A DNA stretch of 64,000 nucleotides. Origin: Eutreptiella sp. 'Long Island Sound 2002' (Eukaryota > Protista > Euglenida). This document shows positions 1 to 14,440 of this stretch, piece after piece; position 1 is the stretch's first letter; every line of letters begins with the position of its first letter. Location of the stretch: positions 165,540,001 through 165,604,000 of the forward strand of contig OZ038378.1 of the NCBI GenBank assembly GCA_964036045.1. Reading direction: 5' to 3'. Below the pieces are notes generated by a model, which was not told the DNA's origin, searched no databases, and was given only the letters and a program-made list of their open reading frames with translations. Both the position numbers and the translations under genes were made by a program.

Positions 1-99
1 GTCGGTGCCAGTGGTCCTTCCCTTGAGCAAGCCCCTCGTTGCTGGTAGTCCTCCCTGTTGTTGGACCGGCGGGCAGGAACCCCACCGCAGTCACCAGCC

Positions 100-170
100 T
101 CTGGTGCCGGGTTCGAACCCCTGACCTTCGGCACCGGAGACTCCGTAGCTTTGCCGCCGTGCCAGTGCTA
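100..170 (-). mobile_element. tRNA-derived SINE-like head
   Basis: Minus strand reads TGGCACGGCGGCAAAGC (A-box-like) then GGTTCGAACCC (B-box) at tRNA-like spacing; no complete cloverleaf seen. Confidence 0.4.
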
Positions 171-389
171 TGGGAGACGTTGCCCCAGCTCGAGTGCACC
201 ATCCGCCAAGCATTGACGGATGATGGGGCTGTTGGCGGGGGGCGGGGGGGGCTCTGGTAGGGGTGGTGCACAGCGCACAGCGCACCCCTGACCCTGACGC
301 CCTCAATACTCTCTTCAGTGTCTGCCCTCTGAAACAGGCCTCACAACCCACCCAAGTCCCATGCCCCTAAGTGCAGTCCCTGCAATCCC

Positions 390-3300
390 TTGTGGCACGG
401 GTGCTGACTGCCCCTCCTCGTTCAGATACGCACCGGTTTTGTCAAAGAACTTGACCACGTACTGCTCCTGCATTCGCTCCCGCACTTTGCGGCTCACGAC
501 CTTTGTTCGCTCCCGCACCTTGCCTTTGACCTGGGCACACAGATGTGACGCGGTTGGTGTCGTCTGGGCACGAGCCTCCAGTGGTAACGTGGCGCCTGAC
601 CGGCAAAGGGCAACGAAGTCCTCCCTCCCCATGCCGCATTCTCGATTGGAAAAGGCGGTGCTGCGGGAGGCGGTTTTTGCCAGTTAAGAAGCGCTTTTGG
701 CGATTACCAAGCAGTTTTGCTGGCTACAAAGCGGTTGGCAGGGGTTGGGGGTGTTTCATATCAAGAAGTGCTTGGTCCCCGTCCAGCAATTCCCTGCCCC
801 ATTCATCAGGAGGGCGCTGTCTGCATGGGTCCTGTGCACTTTCCGCGGCAAATGCCCGCGGAACACATGGTCGGACCCCCCCTCCAAGGAATGCAAACGC
901 ACCAAAAGGTCACGCAGCAACACGGCTCGCCAGTGGCCCTCACCGACCGTGGATGCCTTTCTGTCACCAAAGAGGGACGGACGGGTGACCTGTGGGTTAG
1001 ACACCGACACGGATGCAACATTGTTGGCTGCCGTTATGCGCTGACTGCTGGACAGGGGATTGCCTTACCAGGGGGGCAGGGGGGCTTGGCGGGGGGGGCT
1101 GGGGGGGCGAAATGGATGGCCAATTGGCTGGACCCACCCACCCACCCACCCACCCATGTCAGGAATGTTTCTCTCAAATAAAGAATGATTTACGAGGCTG
1201 GAAACTTGGGGTTTGTTGGCTCTTCCTCTTGTCACGAGGTCTCATTCACAAAAGACAGATGGTGAGAGGCGGTTGCAAGTGCCCTACTCTCTGAAACCCA
1301 TCAGTGGTACCGTTGATCCAGCAGCAGGCCATTGCTGAGTGACCGGAATTTCTACTCTGTTGAGCACCTCAAAATGCCCCAGGGTTTCTATTTTGTTGAG
1401 CTTCTGAGGTGGGGGTAGGGGGATGGGGGCGGGGGGTTGGGTCTGAGCCCCCCTAAAACAAAATTCTGCACCTGAAACTAGCCAGAGTGAGTAGTTGTAC
1501 TGGGCGCGCACCGGGTGAGGTGATGATCCCGGGGACGGGCGGGTTGTGTCCTGCCATTTCACGCTTTCAACTCTCTTCAACGCAGGGTTGCACTCCGTTG
1601 CCCTGAGAGTTGTGCCGCGCGCACGCCCCATCGGGTGCTCCCCCCATACCTCCGTCGTTTTCTCTGTCCAATGGTCACGCACTTTCTTTTTGGGATCGCC
1701 CGTGACCACCTGCCGCACTAACTTCATCGGAGCGTCGACCTCTCGGACCTTGCGAACGAGTTTTTTGGCGTCGGTGAAGATTTCGGTGCGACTTGGGATG
1801 CGCCTCCGGAGCTGTGACTCTGTGGCAGGCTCGGGCTCGGGCTCAGGCTCGGGCTCAGAGGGTTGTTCAGGGCCGCTGCTATCGCATGAGGACTGTGTCG
1901 AAAGATGGGGTGCGCAGAAGCAAAGCAGCAGGCACTTTCCAGCCCCACACCACCCACCCCAGCGGTCAGGAGTTGCCGAGCAGACCGCCCACCTCTCGCA
2001 GCCTCTTGATGCCGCCCTCTTCACACCCGACCCGATGGATGGGCCCCACACCCACGATCCGTGAGTGGCGAACGCGTACGTGCACCCGGAAATACCAACC
2101 GGCACACTCCCTCAGCCTTGATGGCACAACCCCCCCCCCCCGCCCCCCCCCCAACATCACGTGGCATTCAGCCATGGGTGACCTTGAACTGTGGGTCTCC
2201 CCTGGCACCTTTGTACAGGGCCTCCAGGTCTGACAGGCGGGCGGACCCATTGGGCTCTGCGGCGAGCCCACCGACAATAAAGACAGTCCTGGACTTATGC
2301 AGCACTACCAGTACGCCTGACCAGTGCATGTGTCTTAGGGCATGGGTGGCTTAGGGACGCACTGCACAGGGACCATGGGGACCGGGCCAGCACAGGAGGC
2401 AGGAGCACGGGGGGACGGGCTGGTGGTGAGCGCAGCAACAACACCCCCCCCCCCCCAGAGCCAGGAGGGCAGCAGCCGAGTGTCACGGCAAGCTGGCCCC
2501 TGACCCCAGCCCTAAACACGGGGAGCGTGAGGGAGCGGCCCGCCAGCCACTCCCGATACCGTAGGGCATACCATACCATACCATACCGCCGCCCCCCCCC
2601 CCCCTGGCGCGCGCCTCTTTGTCTAGCCCTACCCCAGAGGGGTCCGTCCCCTCGTATTCCGTGTTGGTCAGTTGCTGCGCGACGGGTCCTCAAGGGAAAG
2701 GGCACAACTGACACACCCCAAACGCCACGTGTGCAGAGTGCGCGGTGTTGCGGTGCACGGACTGCGTAGTGGACAGTGTGCGGGTGGCACGGCGGCGCAG
2801 GCCGCACACTGCAGAGCCCGCCGCTTGGGGAGTGTGCGGCCCGCCGTTTGCCAAAGCGACGCCACGTGGCCCTGTGCCGAGCGGTTGGGCTCATGCAGGG
2901 CAGACCAATGGGGCGTGATGGACATCCGTCGTTCTGGTCCCGCCGGCCCCTTGGCGCCAGGATCTGTGCCTTGTTCCCGCGGCGGTTTCTCTGCTCCATC
3001 CAACGCCACCCGGACAACACGGCGTCTCATCGTCATTCCACCTGCCGTCTCGCAGTGACATCCGTCGTGTCGCCAGTGGCTGCGCCCAACACTGAAATAC
3101 CCGCGTTCCCTCTTGATTGCCCTCGTGGACCTTCGCCACGCTTCCGGGCCGCTGTGCAGAAACGCCCCCCGTGGCTTGGCATGCACCGCGGTGTCGCACC
3201 CTGTCCCCTGACTTGGTCTGTCCTTGAATGTCTTGCGAAGTGCAGCCCCGCTTTACGCCTCTCGCGCGTGGGGCAGGGAAGGGGCAGGGAACGGAAGAGC

Positions 3301-5400
3301 AGAGGATGACGCCCGCCCCGCAGCTAAACCGGGAAGCCGAAGTGGGCATCAACCAGCAATGCCTGGCGACAGCAGCAGGTTTTGTCTTGCCTCGGGGGTT
3401 GAAGTGTTGAGACCACTGATGAGGATGGACTACACCTCGGCCTGACCTCATGCCGCCCGGTGCTCTTGGCCCTCAGTGGCATTGATTTGGGTCTTGAAAA
3501 TCAATGGCAGTAATGACACAAGGTCCCCATGGAGGGGGGTCACTTGGCAGAAAACAACCCCTCATGGCATGACTATTGGGACCACAGGTACAGTGAGCGG
3601 GGGGGGGGGGGGTGGCGTGAGGCCGTGGTGTTGGTTTGCTTGCCTTTGGCCTCTCGCCACTGTACATTCCGACCCTCTCTGGGTCCAAAGGTGTTTTGGT
3701 TGTGTCAACGGAGCCCCTGGATGACTTGTCCTGTTTGACTACTCCGGGGTCGGCTGTCCCGGAGACGGGCTGTTGCCCGTGCCATTGACCAGGTGCATCC
3801 AGATGCACACTCCGAGTCCATTCTGGGTTTGCCGACTCCAGCACTGACTTGTGTGCGCTGGGGTGTGCATCTGCAGGATCATTTTTGTGACATGGGCCTC
3901 TAACAACCACAATGATTCTTTCCCTTTTGTCCTTTCCTTCTCCTCCCTCTGCGCTCTGCGCCATTTTCGGCAAGCGCGGTCTGCCCTGCCCTGTTACCTC
4001 CCCTTGTGTTTCCCTTTCTTCCTGCCCAGTTTCCTCTGGGCTCTCCATGTTCGTCCTGTTCTGGGGTGTAAAAGGGCGGCGGGAGGACGTGATGCTGTAG
4101 GGAGGGGGAAGGGGAGGGGGAGGGGGGTCGTCGCGCCCTGTCCCCTCTTTCCCCTTGAGGAGGAAGATCCTGGCTCAAGGGGGCTCCTTTGTTGGTGGCA
4201 GCATACTTGGTGTTGCTGGTTTTGGCCACTTGCTTCTGCTGGCCCACATATCCCAGTCTGTCCTGGGCGTAGTTGCATGATGTTCGCTGGCTTGATGGCC
4301 TTAGCTGGCGCGGCGGTGGTAGACCATGCACGTAGTGCCCGCCGACAGACTACGGATTCGGGACCGGGGCTAGTTCCCCTTTGTATGAGTCCCCGCAGTC
4401 CGGGCGAGGGGCAAGTCCGCGGCCTCCCCCCCCCTACCCTGTCAAGTGTCTGTTGGTGCATCACCCAGGGCCCGCAGTGCCCCAGGCGTCTTTCTGGGCT
4501 GCCCGGGGCTGTTGTTGCGTCTGTGAGTGCGGTGTTGTTGCTGTGGTGTTGGTGTTGTGGTTGGTTTTGCTGCGGTTGTTGCTGGAGCGTAGCAGGGGGT
4601 GTCTATTCCAAGTGGTGTCAGCGTTGTGGTTGGTGATGTTGCCTCCTGTGGCACTGGCAACCAAACCAGTCCCAACATCCGAGTCCTGACGGGGCTGCGT
4701 CCGCCATCAGTGATCCTGTCCTCCAGTCTCTGGTTCACCTGTGGTTCAGTCGCCGCCAACATCAGTGCCCCATCACTCTACAGTCCTCTCCACCCCCACC
4801 TTGGGGGATGGGGTACAGGGGGGCAGCATTACAAGTGGATACTGGAACAGTTTCGCACTTGTGGGCAAGGGGCTCTGCGAGGCAAAGCACAAGCAAGACG
4901 AAGCGCTCACCACTAGGGAAGCAGACGTCCACAGGGCAAAAACAGCAGATTTAGAAAGAAGACTGACTGCATTCTGGCATTTTCAGTGTGAAACATAGTT
5001 TGTTCAACTCATTATCTGGGGTTTTGGACGGAGTAGGACACCAATGGCGATCGGTGGCGAACCGACGGCGGTTGGTTCGACGAAAGCTTTAGAAAACGCG
5101 GGAAAAAACGCAAAAAGGAACGCATTTCTTGACGCACCACCTCAGTCTGCGCGCATAGTGCAGGGCAGGCCCGCCAGTCCCAGGGGACTGTGCAGGAGCA
5201 AATGCACGGCAGGACCAGGACACACCTCGTTTGATACCAATTCATCGGATTGATCATTGGAGAACTCCAAGGACTCGCTGCCAACGAGGGGTTGCATTGG
5301 GGGACCGCAACCTCTGGGGAACGGGGTAGCAAAAAGACAACACAAATCTGCAAGAGACAAGCAGTGGGATCAGGGGCTACGACTGACGCCTGAGCCAAAG
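390..5400 (-). CDS. Candidate multi-exon gene for a low-complexity protein of unknown function; exon structure only partly resolved
   Basis: Protein-like minus-strand segments at about 390-570 (QVKGKVRERTKVVSRKVRERMQEQYVVKFFDKTG), about 760-1040, 1472/1511-1892 and probably 2700-3200, 4150-4700 and 5150-5400. They are separated by G/C-run-rich intron-like DNA. Phases could not be joined unambiguously. Confidence 0.35.
1472..1892 (-). CDS. Best-supported exon of the 0.4-5.4 kb gene (PE-repeat, basic region)
   Basis: Acceptor ...tttcgacacag|TCC at 1893/1892; open frame SSCDSSGPEQPSEPEPEPEPEPATESQLRRRIPSRTEIFTDAKKLVRKVREV...; candidate GT donors near 1511 (CCG|gtgcgc) or at 1471 (CAG|gtgcag). 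Confidence 0.5.
3608..3878. repeat. Dispersed repeat family (second copy at about 62665-62840)
   Basis: Shared core aacggagcccctggatgac...tcctgtttgactactccggggtcggctgtcccggagacgggctgttgcc at both loci. Confidence 0.75.
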
Positions 5401-5433
5401 GATTATCCTGCCCTTGTGCTGTCCTGCACCCAT

Positions 5434-5726
5434 CCACCTACCCCCGCCCCCCTTGAAATCTCCCCCCTTTTGTCGGGCCGGTTCCCCCCCTAGGGGGGGG
5501 GGGGGGGGCGGTCACAAAGTGACGGTCCCCCCCCTGGGGCGGGGGGGGGGGGGGGCGCACCACAAATCTGTACCCTGGTATCACAGTGTAAATCAGCTTC
5601 GGCGACTTCGGCGCCTTGTAAAAATTTTCTTTGGAGCCTTTGGCGCTTAGTATTTCCTGTGCTTTCTGGGCCAAGGTGACATTTCCCCCCCTTGGGGGGG
5701 GGGGATTTCAAGGGGTGGGGGGTGGG
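5434..5726. mobile_element. MITE-like element with terminal inverted repeats
   Basis: Left end cccc(c)ttgaaatctcccccc and right end gggggggatttcaagggg are reverse complements; about 290 bp and non-coding. Confidence 0.45.
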
Positions 5727-8574
5727 CGGTATGCATCTCCACATTTCCACATTGTGGTCATTGGTAAGGTTGCCTTCTGTGCCTGGTCATCCTGCGCCTG
5801 ATTGTTCTGTTCCACCCCTTTTGGTTCTGGTGATTGCTCCCCAATGCTGTTTCTGTCAATTTTTGGAGCTTTAGTGTTGCTGTCACGTAGAGGAGTAGGC
5901 CACGCACATGTCCCTTCCAATCGACCCCAGCACCACCCGCCGACATAATCCCCCCTCGTCCCTCCCCCCACTTTCAGGGTGGATACAACCCTGTGACTTT
6001 GGCGTCGTGATGCAGCCAATATCGTGGCTGGAGGCATACAGTCTTTTTCTGGGCTGGAGGTTGTGGGCTCCGCACCATCCGAGCAACCTGTGTGTACACG
6101 CCACACCAGATGTATGAATGAGGGAAGGTGTACGTCCCATCATTTTCATGGGTGTGCCCAAAGACGCCATCCGTCAAGGACCGCCCCAAACGTGCACCGA
6201 CACCCACACCCACATGGGGGGGGCATGTTTCCCTCTTAGGTTTCAGAGCTGCTCGACCTGTGGCTGTCTCCACCCAAATCCATCCCCATCCCCTGACCCC
6301 TCCCGTCGCCGCACACCGTATGCATCACAATAGGCCAAGATTGATTTTAGGGGGTGTTTGGTGTAGCCTAGAGGCCCTACGTTGGTCAGGGATTTTGGGC
6401 TTGTTTTTGTTCCTGCACAGCAGATTGAATGAACAGAGGTAATGTGGCCTAAGAGGCAAATAGCGGCCACAGACCTCTCCATCCCAGGCCTACCCTCTGC
6501 CATACAGGACAAGGAAGCAATTGGAACAAGAACTCTTGGTCTATGGTGGGTTGCACCGAGGAATTTAGCATGAATCAGTCAAAGTGGGTGACAGAAGCCA
6601 CAAAAATGAAACATGGTCAATAATTTTCTGTACCAGAGTGGCATACAAATACCAGACCAAAAAGCGACTCCTCGTCAACCCGCCCCCCCCCCTTTAGACG
6701 AGCAACACCCTTGTCAACAGTAGGTGTTGTTTCCACAACAACGCGCAGGACCTTCACAGTATGCATTGTTTCCATAACCTTGGAACCGTGGAATTTGGTG
6801 GTTCTGGTGGTTCATGAAGATCAAGTTTTCTTTATGTAATTTTGAGGCTGGGGATGGTTTCTGATGATGCTGTCCTGCGACCCATTTTCACCCCTTCTGG
6901 TCCTTTGGAGGTGGAGATTGGTGAATCACCTGATGACTAGCGCATTGACGACGCAATGGTGACTGTGTGTGTCTTCTCTCGGCATGTGCAAACAACGCCC
7001 ATGTCAGAGGCAAAGCTCAACTGTCACATTGGGCCTGTCCCATTGGGCCCCATTGCAGCCAACGGACTCCCAAAGACATCCACAGATATCCCCCTTTGTC
7101 CCGCCAGATGCCACATTCAGATGGTACATACGCCCACCAGGAACGGCTTTGACGGATGCCCCTCCTGGGGAAGGTGCGATCCGGATGGGGCAGCAGTCCC
7201 ACTGCCATACCCAGTGCTACACCTCTAGAGCTGCGGTGAGTGTACCTCACCTGGCAAGCCTCAGGTGGTTCTGGGCAGTACCACCGAATGTGCAAGCAGT
7301 GCATCGTAGTGCGCACTTACTGCAACGGCAGTCCGACTGCTGATCCAAGACACAACAGGTGTACGAGCTGATGATGCATTGTGCAATTTTGGTAGACTGC
7401 ATGGTCACGGCTTCTATAGTCATCTGAATGGCCTGTTTACAGCCATCGGGGTGCTTCATTGCTTTGTGCACCAGCACCATCCATGGTCAATGGTGCATGG
7501 CGGGCGTTCAGCCGCACTGCTGCGCACAAGAAGTGCCGAGGTGCCCACTGTATGTAAGACATAGGTGGGGGCCCCCTGTCAAGGTCAACACGTTTGGTAG
7601 TTAGTTGGTTAGTTAGCCTTGCGGGCGCCAACAAAATGGCACCAGATGCCAGGTGCAGAGCCATCCATTATGGCTCCATCATGCTCGTTTCACGCCAAAA
7701 ATACACCCCCCCCCCATATCATTGGTTTCGTTGAATTGAGTGCAGGTGCTTGTGCTGGACCTTGGCAGTGTTTGTGTTTGTACCACCGATGAGTGGCACC
7801 TGAACGAAGTGGGAGAGGGACATACGCCACCACCTATCACTTAAACTACTCACCCCATTAATGGGCACATGGGCGAAATTCCCGATAATGGTTCTTGTGC
7901 ACGTGCAGGAAGGGCAGCAGATTTTTTTGGATGGAATAGGGACCGTACCTCAACTTGACCAAAAAGGCACATGCATTCCTCCTCTCACACCTGAGACACC
8001 CCAAGTGGTGAGAGGGTGACTCCAGAAACTGGTGGATCACAGAGGACACACGGTTCCCACTGGTCGCGATAGCAATAGCACCCATACTACATTGTCAATT
8101 TGAGGGACCAAGCTCCATTCGCAGCAGCAAACATACCCAGAATCTTGGACCCGCCGATTCCTTCACGGCATTGAAACCGGTGTCAAGACCTGCAGACGTG
8201 GTGCTGTGGTCCAGTGGCTTGGCCCCGACCTTGTGCATATGTCTCGGACTGTGCACCACTGCCCTTGTGGCACGGGGTGGGACCTGCAGTGGCTGCCACT
8301 GCTTGCAGGTGAGCGTAGATACTACTACTGACTGCTTAGCGTAGGGGCCCCAGTGCCCCCGTCAGGACCATGAACTGACATGGTGTATGTGCCAAATGCC
8401 AGTTGGCCCGCGTTGGGGGTGATTCAACCCATGGTCTGTTCATGCCTGTGGCAGTTCTCTGGGGTACTTTATACACACATTCATTGCAATATGTGCATCG
8501 TTCGTGGGTCACGACTGTACTCTGTGCCTCGGCTCTCTGCCTGTCACTAGTCTGGCTCTGGATCCAGAATGCTG

Positions 8575-8578
8575 GTGT

Positions 8579-8609
<31 letters not shown>
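8575..8609. repeat. (TG)n microsatellite
   Basis: Visible GT dinucleotide run with one interruption. Confidence 0.9.
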
Positions 8610-8852
8610 ACGCCTAAATCTTTCAAATCATGCTCAAACTGCGAGGTTCAACAATTATGCCCTACTACTGATCGACCGAACCATGAGTTCTTGTGTTCTG
8701 GTGCCCCGTCGGCGGGCGTCAGGAACCAGGTTGAGAATAGCACACACAACATGCAACAAGAGGGGGTGGCGTCCGTGCTCCTACCGCATCCTGCATCCCC
8801 TGTCCGTGCTTCTGTGCTTCCCTGCGTGGAGGCCCCAATGAGCGAGTCCACA

Positions 8853-8873
8853 GTGTGTGTGTGTGTGTGTGTG
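8853..8873. repeat. (TG)n microsatellite at the 3' end of the LINE
   Basis: About 10 GT units, roughly 130 nt past the LINE stop codon. Confidence 0.9.
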
Positions 8874-11894
<3,021 letters not shown>

Positions 11895-13186
11895 CGGAAG
11901 TGTGTGTGTTGGAAACTTCACTGCGCCGGTCTCGGACTGGGTCAGTGGTGGTTTGAGTCGCTCCGGGTCCAGCGCGGGGCTGCCTGCGACACGGGCCACC
12001 CGACGCATAGGGGCTGTCTGGCCCTGTGCCTGGCAGGTGTTGGACACTCTCCCATCCCATCCCATCCCACTAACTACCGAAGCCTGTGTCTCCCCTGATA
12101 CCACACACAGTGACCCGACCTGTTACTGCCAGGGTTAAACTAATGTTTATTGCTATACATTAGTGACCAGAACCAACCTCAAACCACCAATTCCCCAAAA
12201 CACCACATGCACAGGCCAAAGGTACAATATTGCGGTCAGAACAGGTCGTTTCAGAGTCAGAGAAAAGTCTACGGGCGCAGCAGAAGTCAGAGAACATAGA
12301 GACGTAAAAATCTCATGATTGGCATCAGGAGCATCATGATCATCATCATGAGCCATGATGGGAAGGCGCACGCACGCAACGCGCCCCATGTCACTGCAGG
12401 TCACAACGAGAAGTCGCTCATGCACGTTGATTGAGGGGGCAGGGCCACGCGCACACGTGCCACACATGAGCCAGGCTGTCTGGCGGTGGCATGTGGTTGG
12501 CATGGGGCCAAGACCTCCAAAGGAGCTCCTGCCACAGAGCGTTCATGGCCATCTGTCAACCAAGTGACCGAGATGGTGCGCACGCAAAGATACAGAGACG
12601 GCAGTCGCACTCACCTCCCCTTCGATCTTCCCGTTCACCTGCACACGGCAGCGACCCGTGGGATTCCCGTTGTCGCAGCGGCCCTGCAGAAGGCCTAGAA
12701 ATGCGTTGACATGGACGGCACGACGGCACTGCGGATCGAAATCGTGGAACTAATTCATGAGTTTAGAACTTCAATCGAGCCTCACCCAATTTTTCTTGGG
12801 CCTCGGGGCACCCGTGTGAAGGCACTTTTCGTGAGGAACCCTCTGTACCACGGAATTAGGTCCGCCACACACACAAGGTGTGCGCACCACAGAACTACAC
12901 TGAGGGGCCGCCTTTACTGCACCCGACGCATTACAGCGAAGCAGCAGTCTGCCAAGCCGTGAGTACGGCATTCTCATACAACATGGGGTGCGACGAGAGC
13001 TGACACATGGTGATACCTGGGAGCAATGGCAAGAACACGGACGACTCGGGCAGGTATCCAGGCAATCAGCATATCCTGCGCTTTGCTGGGGAGTAAAGGG
13101 GGGGGCATGAACGCTTGTATGCTCATGTGCAGGCGTGAGGGATTGCTGCACAGCAGCAAGCTCTACTCCTCCACCACCTCCTCCTC

Positions 13187-14383
13187 CTACTTCCTGACAT
13201 CGTCAAGACGCACGAACGGCTTGCGGACAGCGAATCCAAACAAGTCATCCGTCACATCGCTGTTCATCACAGAGGAAGCGATGTGAGGGTGAGCGTCCAG
13301 AAGTATGAGGCAGTCCGGATGCAGCGGCCACACCTCCAAGGCACGAACCCTGTCAGAGCAGCGTGCGGCTATGTAACGGAAACACTCACCACTGAGATTC
13401 TCCGGCGTCCGGGCGTATGAGATGAGGGCGAGATGAGTCAGGGCTGAATTGTTTCGGAGAGCGGACATGATGACCGCATCATCTGCGTTTGTCCCCAGGA
13501 CGAGGACCTTCAGCTTCTGAAAATTCTCTAACAGTTTGGCATAAGCTTCTGCTTCGAGGGTCTCCGAGCAGACGTCTAGATATCGCAGGAACTGCAGCCG
13601 ACAGAGGGCATCGATGTATGCCGGACCGCCGAGGAGATCTTGCCCGTGAAAGCTCAGGGCAGACAACATTGGGAATTTGGAGAGGAAAGCCACCGCAGTG
13701 GCACTCGACAAGCAGACGTCATAGCCGTCCGCATGCAAAGATTGCAGAGAGTGAAAACTGGATGTCAGGGCAGCAAGACATTCGTTGCTCATGTCATCGA
13801 TCCAAATGTGTTGCAAGTTCCGCAGGGGAGTGAGTAAGTTTGCGGGTACCGACGCGGAGAAGCCGGTAGCGGGGGACACATCACACAGGCATAGGGACGT
13901 CAAAGCGGTCTGCTGTGAGATGGCCCCCAACAGGGCATCGTGTGCTTCTGCACTGTAGCTGATGTCCAGCTGCGCTAGGCTAAGCCCTCCAAGGCAGCTG
14001 GAGATGTCCTTCCACCCCCGGGCCCCCAGGTGTGTCAAAGACTTTGGGCAGTGCTGCAGCACAGACCGCAACGTGTCTCCGCTGGGGGTCACAGCAACGT
14101 GTAGGGCTGATAGAGGGGAGGCACCCAGCGCCAGGGACGTCTCGTCTTGATGCACGTGCAAGAACTGCAGGTTGGTGCAGGCCCTCAGGCATAGCTTCAA
14201 GACGCCCTTTAAATGCCCAGGACATTGGCGGCCAAGGTCTCTAAACTGGATGCCTTTGACGGACTGCCAGCACTTGTTTACCGCGTGCATCCAAAGCCGC
14301 GCAACCAGCCTGTAGAAGGCCCACCGGAGAGGGTCCAGGTGCCACACAACTTCTTGCAGGACGTCAATGGGAAGGTGGTTCAT
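13187..14383 (-). CDS. F-box / leucine-rich-repeat protein (398 aa, intronless)
   Basis: N-terminal F-box-like HLPIDVLQEVVWHLDPLRWAFYRLVARLW followed by LRR-like units (LTHLG, LAQLDIS, LTSLCL, LQHIWI, LQSLHA, LSALSF, LRYLDV, LKVLVL). The ATG at 14383 is preferred over the upstream alternative start. Confidence 0.8.
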   Translation of the reverse strand: MNHLPIDVLQEVVWHLDPLRWAFYRLVARLWMHAVNKCWQSVKGIQFRDLGRQCPGHLKGVLKLCLRACTNLQFLHVHQDETSLALGASPLSALHVAVTPSGDTLRSVLQHCPKSLTHLGARGWKDISSCLGGLSLAQLDISYSAEAHDALLGAISQQTALTSLCLCDVSPATGFSASVPANLLTPLRNLQHIWIDDMSNECLAALTSSFHSLQSLHADGYDVCLSSATAVAFLSKFPMLSALSFHGQDLLGGPAYIDALCRLQFLRYLDVCSETLEAEAYAKLLENFQKLKVLVLGTNADDAVIMSALRNNSALTHLALISYARTPENLSGECFRYIAARCSDRVRALEVWPLHPDCLILLDAHPHIASSVMNSDVTDDLFGFAVRKPFVRLDDVRK

Positions 14384-14411
14384 CGTGGAAGAGCAATATA
14401 AGCGCGAGGGA

Positions 14412-14440
14412 CTGTGACGAAGAGGACAGGGCACCAACCG
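14412..14440 (-). promoter_or_regulatory. Probable trans-splice (or cis-splice) acceptor upstream of the F-box gene
   Basis: Pyrimidine-rich ...ccctgtcctcttcgtcacag| ends about 28 nt before the ATG. Confidence 0.4.
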
